64,000 nucleotides of DNA from an uncultured Elusimicrobium sp. (GCA_902797165.1 CADBRU010000029.1:2443-66442), one strand, 5' to 3'; positions 39,293 to 50,009 are shown, counted from the stretch's first letter. Program-made: numbers and translations. Notes: generated by a model not told the origin, from the sequence alone.

Positions 39293-40564
39293 ATGGATCG
39301 TTTTTTAGTAGAAGGTGGAAGAAAATTAAAAGGAACTGTACAAATCAGCGGTTCAAAAAATGCTTGTTTACCTATTTTGGTGGCATCTTTACTTACCGAT
39401 GACCCGTTTGTATTGCACCGAGTGCCCAATTTGCGCGATGTGCGTACAACGCTCAAAATTTTAACCGCACTTGGGAAACAAGTTAGTTTCCAAGACGGTA
39501 CCGTAACGATAGCCGCAAACGGAAAATTGAAAAACAAATTGCCGTATGAACTGGTCAAACAAATGCGTGCCAGTTTTTGGGTGGCCGGGCCGTTACTGGC
39601 GCGGTTTAAAGCGGCTGAAATTCCGTTGCCGGGCGGTTGTGCTTTAGGAGCGCGTCCGGTGGATATTCACTTAAGGGGCTTTGAACGCTTAGGGGCCCGT
39701 TGTGTAATGGAAAAAGGAAACGTCTTGCTTTCTGCCAAGGCTTTACATCCGGCTAAAATTACGTTACGTTTCCCGAGTGTGGGAGCGACCCAAAATCTAA
39801 TGATGTGTGCCTGTTTGATACCGGGAGAAACGATACTGGAAAACGTGGCCAAAGAGCCGGAAATTGATGATTTAGCGGCTGTTTTATCTAAAATGGGTGC
39901 GGTCGTTTTTGCAGATGGGAAAGGCCGTCTTGTGATACAAGGCAAATCACAACTACGTGGAATGGAACATACCGTAGTAGCAGACCGTATCGAGAGCGGA
40001 AGTTATATGTTGGCGGCGGCGGCTACTCGTTCGGATGTGCGGGTAGAAGGCTGCGTGCCGGAGCATAATTCTATCTTGCTTGATTACATGGAAGAAGCCG
40101 GAGTGCCGCTTGAAATCGGTCCCAATTATGTACATATTAAACCGTATGATACGCCTATTAAACCGCTACGTATTAAGACGGCGCCGTATCCCGGTTTTGC
40201 CACGGATTTGCAAGCACCTTGGATGACTTTTATGACGTTAGCAACCGGAGCGGCGGAAGTAGATGAAGATATTTTTGAAAACCGCTTTATGCATGCGCCG
40301 GAACTGGTGCGTATGGGAGCCGATATTACGACCGAAAAAAGTATTGCTCGTATCAACGGCGTAAAGAGTTTATCAGGCGCCCATGTAATGGCTTCTGATT
40401 TGCGGGGTGGGTTTGCCTTGCTGATTGCGGGTTTGTGTGCAAACGGTACGACGGAAATAGAACGTGTGTACCACATTGACCGCGGATATGAAAATCCGGA
40501 AGGAAAACTCAATGCATTAGGGGCCAAAGTAACCCGTTATAACCCGGATAAAGATGACTTTTAA
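39293..40564 (+). CDS. murA: UDP-N-acetylglucosamine 1-carboxyvinyltransferase
   Basis: SGSKNA, MRAS, LPGGCALGARP, PYPGFATD, DLRGG. Confidence 0.96.
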   Translation: MDRFLVEGGRKLKGTVQISGSKNACLPILVASLLTDDPFVLHRVPNLRDVRTTLKILTALGKQVSFQDGTVTIAANGKLKNKLPYELVKQMRASFWVAGPLLARFKAAEIPLPGGCALGARPVDIHLRGFERLGARCVMEKGNVLLSAKALHPAKITLRFPSVGATQNLMMCACLIPGETILENVAKEPEIDDLAAVLSKMGAVVFADGKGRLVIQGKSQLRGMEHTVVADRIESGSYMLAAAATRSDVRVEGCVPEHNSILLDYMEEAGVPLEIGPNYVHIKPYDTPIKPLRIKTAPYPGFATDLQAPWMTFMTLATGAAEVDEDIFENRFMHAPELVRMGADITTEKSIARINGVKSLSGAHVMASDLRGGFALLIAGLCANGTTEIERVYHIDRGYENPEGKLNALGAKVTRYNPDKDDF

Positions 40565-41810
40565 TGGCTTTTGCAACCGATTAATGCAACGTACCGGGCC
40601 TGCCTATGGCGCAGGCCCGGCGGGTTTTAAGCGGCTGATGAAGCGGTTGAGCAGTCCGCAAAATTCGTATCAAATTATTCACGTAGCGGGTACCAACGGC
40701 AAAGGAAGTGTGTGTTATTTAACCGCGCAAGTCTTGCAACAGGCCGGACACAAAACCGGACTTTTTATTTCACCGCATTTATGCAGTGTAACCGAACGGA
40801 TTCAAATCAACGGAAAACCGATTTCTATATCTGATTTTAAGCGTATTTGCCAACGTGTACTGGATGCCGAAGAAGAAAAATTGAATTTTTTTGAAATTTT
40901 AACGGCAACGGCCTTTCTTTATTTCGCGGAAAAAAAGGTAACATGGGTTGTGTTGGAAACCGGACTGGGCGGACGAAAAGACCCCACCAATATATGCCGT
41001 CCGAGTGCTTGCGTAATTACTTCTATCGGTTTAGATCATTGCCAAATTTTAGGCAAAACATTGCAGAAAATCGCAGCGGAAAAAGCGGGTATTATAAAAC
41101 CCGGCGTGCCGGTTTTTTGTCCGCCGTTTGCGCGGCCGGTTATGACGGTAATTCGGGAAACTTCCCGCGCCAAAAAAGCCCCGCTTTTTGTGATAAAAGA
41201 GGGGAGCCCATTATCTCTAAAAAATATTTGTTGGAGAACAAAACAAACAGTTTTGCAAAAAGACGGCCGATGCTGGAAATTAAATTTATTAGGGGAAAAA
41301 CAGATACAAAATGCATGTTTGGTTTACCGTCTTTGCCGCAGGTTAAATATTTGCGAAACGGCTATTCGAAAAGGATTTGAAAATGTACAAATACCGGGGC
41401 GTTTTGAAATCATACAAAAAGAAGAAAAAACCATTATTTTAGACGGTGCGCATAATCCGCAAGCCCTAGCAAATTTACTTACTTTTCTGCAAAAAAGTCC
41501 GTGGAGAAAAAACCTAGCCGTTGTTTGTGGGTTTATGGCAGATAAAGATTATCCGGCCATGCTAAATTTACTAAGTAAAAGCGGTGCGGCCTTGTATATT
41601 ACCGTGCCTAACGCAAAGCGAGCGGCTACACTCACGCAAGTAAAAAATGCCTTGCTGTCTAGCGTAAGAGCAACTTATTTTGGGTTTCCTTTGCAAGCCT
41701 TAGAGGCGGCATGGGAGCACTGCTCCGTCGTACTGGTTACCGGTTCTTTTTACTTGGTAAGTTCCGTTCGCACCGCGTTGCTACGCGCACGCGTCGCGCG
41801 TAGGCATTGA
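40554..41810 (+). CDS. folC: Folylpolyglutamate/dihydrofolate synthase
   Basis: HVAGTNGKGS, SPHL, ETGLGGRKDPTN, EKAGI, DGAHNP, GSFYLV. Confidence 0.93.
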   Translation: MTFNGFCNRLMQRTGPAYGAGPAGFKRLMKRLSSPQNSYQIIHVAGTNGKGSVCYLTAQVLQQAGHKTGLFISPHLCSVTERIQINGKPISISDFKRICQRVLDAEEEKLNFFEILTATAFLYFAEKKVTWVVLETGLGGRKDPTNICRPSACVITSIGLDHCQILGKTLQKIAAEKAGIIKPGVPVFCPPFARPVMTVIRETSRAKKAPLFVIKEGSPLSLKNICWRTKQTVLQKDGRCWKLNLLGEKQIQNACLVYRLCRRLNICETAIRKGFENVQIPGRFEIIQKEEKTIILDGAHNPQALANLLTFLQKSPWRKNLAVVCGFMADKDYPAMLNLLSKSGAALYITVPNAKRAATLTQVKNALLSSVRATYFGFPLQALEAAWEHCSVVLVTGSFYLVSSVRTALLRARVARRH

Positions 41811-41863
41811 CAGACGTCTCTTATTGTGATTTAATAATATATATTCTTTTTGACGGGGACAAT

Positions 41864-43507
41864 ATGGAAAAAAACAATCCAATGGAAAATACCAACGATA
41901 TTTCGCGTTTTTTGGAAAAATATAATCAAGAAAATACTTCTGCCGATGCAACGGTTTCACCGGTATCGGCCAACGCTCAACCTTCTATTTCCACTACGGA
42001 GCGGCAGGAAAAATATAACCAGTCTTTTGAAAAATTAGAGAAGAAAGTATTGGAACTGGAAGAAAAATTTGCCGCTTCTTCGGCGCGCAGTGAAGTGGTA
42101 TTGCAAGAACTGGTAAAAACCCGTCAAGCCATGGAAAAACAGCAAACCAAGGATGTCATTCTCTCCAATATCACAACGACCATTGAACAGTTAAAACAAA
42201 GTATTGAAACCCTGTCTCGTGCGCAACAAGTACAATCTTTGTCCGATATGACCCCTCCGGCTACCTCCGCAAACGGGGAATATGTGGCCATGTCTTATTA
42301 CAAGCCGGACAATTATCGGGCTTCTCAGCAGGCTAAATTAAATGCCGCTCAGGCAGAAATAGCCCAAACCAAGTCGGAACTAGAAACAGAACGCGCCGCC
42401 AAAGAACAGTTGGCCTCCTCGGTACTTTATTTGAAAGCGGAACAAACCGAGAAGGACAAATTGATTTCTTCTTTAACGCAACAACAACAAGCGCAAGCGC
42501 AACATTTAGCCCATGAAAAGGAAGAGAATGCCGAAAAAGTGCGCATTATTTCCGCGCTGCAACAAAAGGCCTCGCAGTTAAAAGCGGTCAACGTAGCCTT
42601 GGACCGCGAAATCAAACGTGCGCAACAAGACCGTTTGGAAGCCTTGCGCAAATCTGCCGAACAGGCCAAAGAAATTTTATCTCTGCGCAGTGCTTTAACG
42701 GCGGCGGAAGAGCGTTTTAAATCTTTTGATTTCGAAGGGCGCATCATTTCCATCAAGCGGGAATATGAACAAAAAGTCAGCACCTTGGAAAATCAATTAC
42801 AGGAAATTTCCGCTACTTGTATGAAACAAGTGGAAGAAATTGAAGCCTTGAAATCGGAAAATATCGAATTGCATAAGATTGCCGAAGAACGTGAACAATT
42901 GGCCGTTCTATACGATGCCAAAACACGGGAATTGGAAACCTTGCGTGCCGAGGCTACCCAATTACATGCGGAAGCGGAAAATCCGGCTCGCATGAATGCC
43001 TTAACGCAGCGGATGCAACATTTGCAACAGGAACATACGGTACTTTCAGAACAGTTAACCAAGGCGCAAGATATTTTGCAAGCGGTTACGGAAGAAAAAG
43101 ATACATTGGAGAAAAACTTCAAAAACTTACTTGCCAAAATTGATGCCAACGATACCGCTATTAAGAATCTCAAAGAAAAGATTATTGTGCTGACGCAAGA
43201 AAACGAAACTTTGAAAAAACAACAAACGCCGAAGGCTCCGCAAGCCCCGGTATTGGTCCGTCAGCCGGCAGAAAAACCCTTGAAACAAGCAGAGGCAAAG
43301 GCTGCTCAGCCTTTACCGCCGGAGGATGCACCGGTTTCTTTGCAGAACACATTACACGCGGCGGTTAAAACATCGGCCGATTTGCCGGAAATCCGCGTAG
43401 CGGAGCGAGGAACACCGGTGGATGTGGAACTTGAAGATGATTTCTTGGAAAAAACGGATAGTTTCATCGGTCGTATGCGCTGGTCTATTTTCCGTGATGA
43501 TAAATAA
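41864..43507 (+). CDS. Long coiled-coil protein of unknown function
   Basis: E/K/Q/L/A-rich heptads over most of its length, no ATPase motif; start ATG 41864 after GGGG. Confidence 0.75.
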   Translation: MEKNNPMENTNDISRFLEKYNQENTSADATVSPVSANAQPSISTTERQEKYNQSFEKLEKKVLELEEKFAASSARSEVVLQELVKTRQAMEKQQTKDVILSNITTTIEQLKQSIETLSRAQQVQSLSDMTPPATSANGEYVAMSYYKPDNYRASQQAKLNAAQAEIAQTKSELETERAAKEQLASSVLYLKAEQTEKDKLISSLTQQQQAQAQHLAHEKEENAEKVRIISALQQKASQLKAVNVALDREIKRAQQDRLEALRKSAEQAKEILSLRSALTAAEERFKSFDFEGRIISIKREYEQKVSTLENQLQEISATCMKQVEEIEALKSENIELHKIAEEREQLAVLYDAKTRELETLRAEATQLHAEAENPARMNALTQRMQHLQQEHTVLSEQLTKAQDILQAVTEEKDTLEKNFKNLLAKIDANDTAIKNLKEKIIVLTQENETLKKQQTPKAPQAPVLVRQPAEKPLKQAEAKAAQPLPPEDAPVSLQNTLHAAVKTSADLPEIRVAERGTPVDVELEDDFLEKTDSFIGRMRWSIFRDDK

Positions 43508-43523
43508 TTACTGAGTTATAGCC

Positions 43524-44594
43524 ATGAACGAATCTTATACCATTGCCGTTTTATACGGCGGAAAATCTACGGAACATGAGGTGTCTGTACACAGTGCCGC
43601 CACGGTATGTCGCACTTTGCAACGTAAATACCGTATTGTACCTATTTTGATCGATAAGGAAGGGAAATGGTTTTTGCAACAAACATGTTGTGAAAAAACT
43701 CCCTCTGATGTGCCGATAACCCCGGTTATATCCGATAAAGGCACTTTGTTTGTTCCTTGCAAAAACGAATATATCAAAATAGATGTCTTCTTTCCGGTAC
43801 TGCACGGCACCAACGGTGAAGACGGAACCATGCAAGGGCTTTTGGAATGTTTGGAAGTCCCTTATGTGGGATGTGGAGTATTGGCTTCGGCCATGGGTAT
43901 GGACAAAGAAATTTCTAAACTCATTGCCTTGCAAGCCGGTGTGCCTACGGTGCCTTATGTGAAACTGACGCGGGACGTCCCTTATGAAGAAGCCGCTTTA
44001 AAAGTATGGGCGGAAAAACAAGGATATCCCATTTTTGTTAAGCCGATTCGCTTGGGTTCTTCCGTCGGAGTTACAAAAGTCAAAGATGCTGCGCAACTTA
44101 CGCAGGCTATAGCGTTTGCTTTTCGGTTTGATACGGATATTTTGATCGAAAAGGGTATTGATAACGCGCAAGAAGTGTTCTGCGGACTATTGGGGGAAGG
44201 TGCCAAAGTGCGTTCGTCTGAATGCGGGGAACTCAAATCTTTAGCCGGTGAATTTTTTGACTATGAGGCTAAATATATAACGGTGGGGGGGTGCGAAACG
44301 CGCGTTCCGGCAGTTTTGCCTGAGAAAACACGAGCCGATATCCGCCATTACAGTGAAGAAATTTTTAAGGTATTGCGCGGCAGCGGTTTAGCACGGGCAG
44401 ATTTTTTAGTAGATAAAGAAGGAAAGGCTTGGTTCTCTGAAATTAATACTATTCCGGGTATGTCCGAAACCAGTTTATATCCGCAACTATTCGAAGCGGC
44501 GGGAATCGCTTATCCGGACGTGTTGGACGAACTGCTTGCTTTAGCCATAAAAACTTATCAGCGCAAACAAACGGTTTTGACGGAGCGGGTATAA
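43524..44594 (+). CDS. ddl: D-alanine--D-alanine ligase
   Basis: GGKSTEHEVS, LHGTNGEDG, GSSVG, FFDYEAKY, EINTIPG. Confidence 0.95.
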   Translation: MNESYTIAVLYGGKSTEHEVSVHSAATVCRTLQRKYRIVPILIDKEGKWFLQQTCCEKTPSDVPITPVISDKGTLFVPCKNEYIKIDVFFPVLHGTNGEDGTMQGLLECLEVPYVGCGVLASAMGMDKEISKLIALQAGVPTVPYVKLTRDVPYEEAALKVWAEKQGYPIFVKPIRLGSSVGVTKVKDAAQLTQAIAFAFRFDTDILIEKGIDNAQEVFCGLLGEGAKVRSSECGELKSLAGEFFDYEAKYITVGGCETRVPAVLPEKTRADIRHYSEEIFKVLRGSGLARADFLVDKEGKAWFSEINTIPGMSETSLYPQLFEAAGIAYPDVLDELLALAIKTYQRKQTVLTERV

Positions 44595-45025
44595 TGCACA
44601 AATTATGGGACCGTTTTTGTCAGTGGAATTTATTGCTGAAAATCATTTGGATTTTTTGTGTGCTGGGGGTATTGGTAAATAGTTGGCTGATTTGCCGCGA
44701 TTTTACACATACCAAAATTTTACTGCATTTGCATTTGGGATTTTTTGTTTTATACGTCGGGCAAGTTGTTTTTATGCTGATGGATGAGCGGATGGTTTTT
44801 GTATTGTCTTTACTGCAAGCATTTATGGCATTGTGGACCAATTTGGATTTTACATTTGTACCGTTTTTGCGTATTATGGGGTATTTGACGTTTGTTGCAC
44901 ACGGTCCTTTTTCACTGGACCAAATGGAAGTGTATAAATATGTATTCGTGTCAATTTGTTTTACGTGCGAACTATTAAAAACGGCTCTTCTGTGGGCTTT
45001 ACTGCCTGTATCTAAAAAGAAATAA
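44594..45025 (+). CDS. Hypothetical integral membrane protein
   Basis: About four hydrophobic segments; coupled to ddl by a TAATG overlap. Confidence 0.7.
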   Translation: MHKLWDRFCQWNLLLKIIWIFCVLGVLVNSWLICRDFTHTKILLHLHLGFFVLYVGQVVFMLMDERMVFVLSLLQAFMALWTNLDFTFVPFLRIMGYLTFVAHGPFSLDQMEVYKYVFVSICFTCELLKTALLWALLPVSKKK

Positions 45026-45028
45026 AAG

Positions 45029-45120
45029 ATTGGGAAAAATTTGAAAAAGACTTGACAAATCAAAAAAAAAAAAGCTAACATTTACTTAACCCCTTTGTTT
45101 AGGGCGAAATTAATTAGGAG
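45029..45120 (+). promoter_or_regulatory. Pilin promoter/leader cassette, copy B: TTGACA-N18 (with A12 tract)-TAACAT, then leader
   Basis: -35 at 45052-45057, A12 at 45062-45073, -10 at 45076-45081; homologous to 12728-12814. Confidence 0.7.
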
Positions 45121-45130
45121 GTAGTAATAT

Positions 45131-45661
45131 ATGAAAAAAGGTTTTACACTAATTGAATTATTAGTAGTTGTTTTAATCATCGGCATATTGTCTGCCATTG
45201 CCCTGCCGCAATATCAAAAGGCGGTGGAAAAAGCACGTTTTGCTGAAGTTAGATTACATATATCGGCATTAGAAAAAGCTATGGATATGTATATATTAGA
45301 GAATGGATGGCCTAGTGGCACTATTCAATTTTTAGGAAGTAATGGACAAAATGTTTTGGACATAGATCTCAAAAGTGTACTGCAAAATACACAATGGCCA
45401 ACTACTAGTAGTTCTAAATATTATTACTATCAAGCTGATTGCGGGCTCTGTAATGATGATTTTGGGCCAGGTAATCATTGTTGCTTGTGGCAAGTACAAG
45501 CAAAGAATCTTCCCATGGAGCTATACGGACAACATTCTGACACTGAGAACAGATGGATTCGTCATGTCGATTATAGTAAAAGTAATTCTATCACCGGAAG
45601 TATTGGTTCGTCTTTGGAAGCGGAAGGATGGTCGCGTTACGGCTTCAACCATGATGACTAA
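45131..45661 (+). CDS. PilE-like type IV prepilin (copy 4)
   Basis: MKKG|FTLIELLVVV; SD AGGAGG; stop overlaps the tgt stop. Confidence 0.9.
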   Translation: MKKGFTLIELLVVVLIIGILSAIALPQYQKAVEKARFAEVRLHISALEKAMDMYILENGWPSGTIQFLGSNGQNVLDIDLKSVLQNTQWPTTSSSKYYYYQADCGLCNDDFGPGNHCCLWQVQAKNLPMELYGQHSDTENRWIRHVDYSKSNSITGSIGSSLEAEGWSRYGFNHDD

Positions 45662-46821
45662 TTTCCGTATTTCTCAATAAATTCCGCTTTGAATTGTGCA
45701 AACGTGCCGTCAGTAATGGCGGCACGTATTCTTTCCATGGTACGAGTTAAAAAGCGGATATTGTGCATAGAAAGTAGCCGGTGACTGGTAAGTTCCCCAC
45801 TGCGGAACAAATGGCTTAAATACGCGCGTGAGTAGTTGCGGCATGCCAAACAATCACAGCCACTATCCAAAGGTCGTTCATCGAGTCTAAAACAAGCATT
45901 TTTGATATTGAGCCGCCCTTCATCGGTCATTACAAGTCCGTTGCGTGCAACCCGCGTGGGCCATACGCAATCAAACATATCTACGCCGCGCTCTACGCAA
46001 TTTAAAATTTCAACCGGTGTGCCAAGCCCCATAAAATAGCGGGGTTTCTCTTCAGGCAAATTCTCGGTAACCGCCAAAACAGATTCGTTCATTTGCTCCA
46101 TCGTTTCACCCAAAGAAAGCCCGCCGATGCAATAGCCGTGTGTGGGCAGGCCGGCCATGGTTTGCGCGGCATCTTTACGCAAATCGGGGAAAATAGCCCC
46201 TTGAATAATACCAAACAAAAGCGAATTTCCGACGGTAAAAGAGCCGTCGGCATTTTGAGTAATATGTTGCTGCGGTACGGTTTTTTGGTATTGCGTGGCG
46301 GCACGGTTTGCCCAGCGTTTGGTTTGCTCAAGTGCCTCACGTGCTTCACGTTTAGAGGGGTTCTTGGCATGGATACATACATCTAACATGGTCCAGATGT
46401 CAGAGCCGATTTCGTTTTCAAATTCAATTACGTTTTCCGGCGTAAATAGATGTTTGCTCCCATCGTGGTGAGAGCGGAACAAAACACCTTCTTCACTAAT
46501 TTTGCGAAATTGCGAAAGACTATAGACCTGAAAACCGCCCGAATCGGTCAAAATACTACCGTCCCATTTCATAAATTTATGCAGTCCTCCCAGTTGCTGC
46601 AGCGTTTTTGTTCCCGGGCGCAAATACAAATGATAGGTATTGGACAAAAGACACTCGGCATGGATATCGCGCAAATCGGCCGAGGTGAGTGCTTTGACAC
46701 TGGCCTGTGTGGCTACCGGCATGAAAACGGGGGTTTTTACCGCTCCGTGCTTAGTATATAAAATGCCGGTGCGGGCTTTGCTGTGCGGGTCTTTAGTTAA
46801 AATACGAAAGGGGGCCTTCAT
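45658..46821 (-). CDS. tgt: Queuine tRNA-ribosyltransferase
   Basis: TPVFMPV, NTYHL, TDSGGFQ, FGIIQG, GVDMFDCV, CDCLAC. Confidence 0.96.
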   Translation of the reverse strand: MKAPFRILTKDPHSKARTGILYTKHGAVKTPVFMPVATQASVKALTSADLRDIHAECLLSNTYHLYLRPGTKTLQQLGGLHKFMKWDGSILTDSGGFQVYSLSQFRKISEEGVLFRSHHDGSKHLFTPENVIEFENEIGSDIWTMLDVCIHAKNPSKREAREALEQTKRWANRAATQYQKTVPQQHITQNADGSFTVGNSLLFGIIQGAIFPDLRKDAAQTMAGLPTHGYCIGGLSLGETMEQMNESVLAVTENLPEEKPRYFMGLGTPVEILNCVERGVDMFDCVWPTRVARNGLVMTDEGRLNIKNACFRLDERPLDSGCDCLACRNYSRAYLSHLFRSGELTSHRLLSMHNIRFLTRTMERIRAAITDGTFAQFKAEFIEKYGN

Positions 46822-46832
46822 TATAAAACTCC

Positions 46833-47867
46833 TTATAAAATCAGCATACTGTCACCAAACGAATAAAAGCGGTATTTTTTTTCTACGGCTTCACTGTAGG
46901 CACGGTATACAAAATCTTCCGTGGCAAAAGCGGTTACCATACACAAGGGCGTAGAATCGGGAAAGTGAAAATTGGTAATAAAACAGTCAATTGCTTTAAA
47001 TTTATAACCCGGATAGATAAATAAATCCGTCCATTTTTTGCCGCTTTGCGTGATCCCGTTTTGCGTAAAACTTTCTAAAGTGCGGGTGCTGGTTGTGCCG
47101 ACGGAAAAAATGCGTTTTTTTGCCGTGCGTGCGGCATTGATTATTTCTGCGGTTTGGGGCGGGATTTCGGCCAGTTCGGCAAGCATATGATGCTCTTGCG
47201 GCTCACCGCGAAGCGGCTTAAATGTACCCCAACCCACGTGCAAGGTAATGTAAACAATCTGCACGCCTTTATCTTTGATTTTTTGTAATAATTCTTCGGT
47301 AAAATGGAAACCGGCCGTCGGTGCTGCAATAGATCCCTCGTATTTAGCATATACGGTTTGATAACGCTCTTTATCGGTGGCCAAACTGGGATTAAGCCCT
47401 TCGTGTTTGCGTGCTTTTTCGATATACACCGGTAGCGGCATCAGCCCGTGTGCATGGCAATGAGGCAAAATATCCTCTTGATTAAATTCAATTAAAACCT
47501 CGTTGTTGGGCGTTTTACCTAACATTTTTCCCGTCAGACCGTCTCCGAAATCAAGTTCGGCATTTTCTTTGTAATCACGGGTCAAAGTGGTCCAAACGTG
47601 CGGATCTGCTTGCGGACGGACAAGCAAAATTTCTACTTTTCCGCCGGTCGATTTATGCGCAAAAAGTTTAGCGGGAAATACTTTGGTGTTATTTAATACT
47701 AACACATCACCGGGGTTAAAATATTCGTGTATATCGTGAAAAATACGGTGCTCGATTTGCTCACTGTCGCGATGTAAGACCATCAGATGCGAACTGTCGC
47801 GCGGGGTGGCGGGTTGTTTGGCAATTAACGGGTCAATGTTAAATTGTTTAAATCGTTCAAAAGCCAT
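46833..47867 (-). CDS. queA: SAM:tRNA ribosyltransferase-isomerase
   Basis: RYQTVYA, GSIAAPTAGFHF, LHVGWGTF, VGTT, YRFYSFGD. Confidence 0.96.
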   Translation of the reverse strand: MAFERFKQFNIDPLIAKQPATPRDSSHLMVLHRDSEQIEHRIFHDIHEYFNPGDVLVLNNTKVFPAKLFAHKSTGGKVEILLVRPQADPHVWTTLTRDYKENAELDFGDGLTGKMLGKTPNNEVLIEFNQEDILPHCHAHGLMPLPVYIEKARKHEGLNPSLATDKERYQTVYAKYEGSIAAPTAGFHFTEELLQKIKDKGVQIVYITLHVGWGTFKPLRGEPQEHHMLAELAEIPPQTAEIINAARTAKKRIFSVGTTSTRTLESFTQNGITQSGKKWTDLFIYPGYKFKAIDCFITNFHFPDSTPLCMVTAFATEDFVYRAYSEAVEKKYRFYSFGDSMLIL

Positions 47868-47873
47868 AAAACC

Positions 47874-48986
47874 TCAGCGCGTTGTTAAATCAGACGACGG
47901 GAAATAATTTTCTAAAATTTGTTTGTAGGTTTTGCCGTTTTCCGCCATACCTTTGGCCCCGTCTTGACACATGCCGATACCATGGCCGTAACCGTTCCCG
48001 GAAAAAGCAAAACCGCCTTTATCTTTGCCGATAGAATTTATTTTGCAACTTTTAAGCAGACTGGCTCCCACGGCTAAGCGGAATTTGGCGCAAGAAAGAA
48101 CTTTGCTCCCTTTGGCGGTGGTGAATTGCAGCGTTACCGCACGTTTGGTTTTGGTACGTTCCTGTACTTTTATTTTGGTAACTGTGCCGGAGAGGCCGTT
48201 TTTATTGACAAAACTGTCAATAGATTTGCCGGGGATGGCGGCTTTCCAAGCGTAACTTTTGCTATGAGAATCAGTTTTGCAAGAGGCCCCTTGTAACGGT
48301 TTAATAGTGGATGCGGAACTGCCTGTCCAAATATGCGCATCATCCGTACCGCCGCCGCAATTAGCGTGATAATAGGTGTTAAATAATTCGCCTTTGTAAG
48401 TAAGTACTTGCCCGTGTGTGCCTTCTACGGCTTGGCGGACGCTGTCGTACACCTTGCCGGATCCTTTGTACATTTGACTGCGCACATCATTATATAAATC
48501 AAAATCGGCCTTGGCATTTTTAAGTTGCATATGAGTATAAGTTCGGGCCGCTACCGCTTGTGCTTTGAGGGCTTCCAACGGCCAAGAATAACTCATTTCA
48601 TAAGGAAGTACGCCTAGTAAATAATCTTCCAAATCGATATATTCCACAATAGAAAAGGTAGTGCCGGCGGGAATTAAATGCAATTTGCCGATATAAGTAT
48701 TTTTCTCAAAGGTGATTTTAACGTCAGCGGTCGGCTCAATAATTAGGGGTGTTTCTGCGGTTAATGCGCCAATCTGCAGTCTATCTTTGGCTACTAAATT
48801 AGCATGTAAAGTTTCGGGCTTGCTGACCTTGTATTTTTTGCCGCCTTCGGTATAGATATATACTTTGCCGGAGGTTTGAATTTTGGCGGATTTAAGGCCG
48901 TCTGCCAACTGTACCCGCACCGTTTGTTCGGCATGTGCACAAGCGGTTAATAAAAGAGGCACAATCAGTAGTAAAATCTTTTTCAT
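47874..48986 (-). CDS. SpoIID/LytB-domain lytic transglycosylase, probable lipoprotein
   Basis: LTAC lipobox; YLLGVLPYEM, ALKAQAVAARTY, SQMY.G, GYGHGIGMCQ.GA. Confidence 0.9.
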   Translation of the reverse strand: MKKILLLIVPLLLTACAHAEQTVRVQLADGLKSAKIQTSGKVYIYTEGGKKYKVSKPETLHANLVAKDRLQIGALTAETPLIIEPTADVKITFEKNTYIGKLHLIPAGTTFSIVEYIDLEDYLLGVLPYEMSYSWPLEALKAQAVAARTYTHMQLKNAKADFDLYNDVRSQMYKGSGKVYDSVRQAVEGTHGQVLTYKGELFNTYYHANCGGGTDDAHIWTGSSASTIKPLQGASCKTDSHSKSYAWKAAIPGKSIDSFVNKNGLSGTVTKIKVQERTKTKRAVTLQFTTAKGSKVLSCAKFRLAVGASLLKSCKINSIGKDKGGFAFSGNGYGHGIGMCQDGAKGMAENGKTYKQILENYFPSSDLTTR

Positions 48987-50009
48987 TTAGAAAAGCATTC
49001 CTTTGTTTTGTTTTTTGCCTAAATGGTCATAGGCTTTTTTGGTGGCTACGCGGCCGCGCGGTGTGCGTGCGATAAACCCGGCTTTAATCAAATAAGGTTC
49101 AATGGCATCGGTTAACGTGTCTACCGCTTCCGATACCGCAATAGCCAAATTATCTACACCGACAGGGCCGCCGCCGAAGCGGTCAATGAGTGCTTCCAAA
49201 ATGCGCTTATCTACACTGTCAAGTCCTTCTTCGTCAATGTCTAAAGAATTCATGGCCAAAACGGCAATTTCTTCCGTAATGATGCCTTGTCCTTTGACTT
49301 GTGCAAAATCGCGCGCGCGACGCAAAAGGCGGTTGGCAATACGCGGCGTACCGCGGGAACGTTTGGCCAGTTCGGTTAGTCCCGCACGGTCTGCGGCAAT
49401 GTTTAATAGTTTAGCCGAACGCGCCAAAATATCGGTAATCTCTTTAATTTCGTAAAAACCTAAATTAAACACAATGCCAAAGCGGTCACGAAGTGGCCCG
49501 GTAAGAAGCCCCGAGCGGGTAGTTGCTCCGACGAGTGTAAATTTAGGAACGGCAAGTTTTACGGTAGTAGAGCCGGCGCCTTTGCCGGTGTTAATAAAGA
49601 AAGTGAAATCTTCCATAGCGGGGTATAAAGCCTCTTCCACCGCGGGATTTAGACGGTGAATTTCATCTACAAACAAAATGTCTCCGTCGGCAAGTTCCGT
49701 GGTCAACATAGCGGCCAAATCACCCGGGCGCGCCAGTACGGGGCCGGAAGTTACTTTGATATTTACACCCATTTCTTTGGCTAAGATATTTGCCAAAGTG
49801 GTTTTACCAAGTCCCGGAGGGGAATAAAACAAACAATGGTCTAATGCTTCCCCGCGGGTGCGGGCTGCTTCAATGAAAATGCGTAAATTTTCTTTGAGTT
49901 TATCTTGTCCGACAAATTCATCCAACGTGGTCGGGCGCAAAGCCGCTTCCAAACCGCTTTGTTCGTCGGTTAACTGATGTACATCTAAAATATCGTTTTG
50001 ATTGTTCAT
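48987..50009 (-). CDS. ruvB: Holliday junction branch-migration ATPase
   Basis: [40 protein letters not shown]. Confidence 0.97.
   Translation of the reverse strand: MNNQNDILDVHQLTDEQSGLEAALRPTTLDEFVGQDKLKENLRIFIEAARTRGEALDHCLFYSPPGLGKTTLANILAKEMGVNIKVTSGPVLARPGDLAAMLTTELADGDILFVDEIHRLNPAVEEALYPAMEDFTFFINTGKGAGSTTVKLAVPKFTLVGATTRSGLLTGPLRDRFGIVFNLGFYEIKEITDILARSAKLLNIAADRAGLTELAKRSRGTPRIANRLLRRARDFAQVKGQGIITEEIAVLAMNSLDIDEEGLDSVDKRILEALIDRFGGGPVGVDNLAIAVSEAVDTLTDAIEPYLIKAGFIARTPRGRVATKKAYDHLGKKQNKGMLF

Noticed and set aside
21805-48986. spoVG and spoIID-like genes as evidence of sporulation
   Set aside because: Both families are widespread in non-sporulating bacteria, and no other sporulation genes are present.
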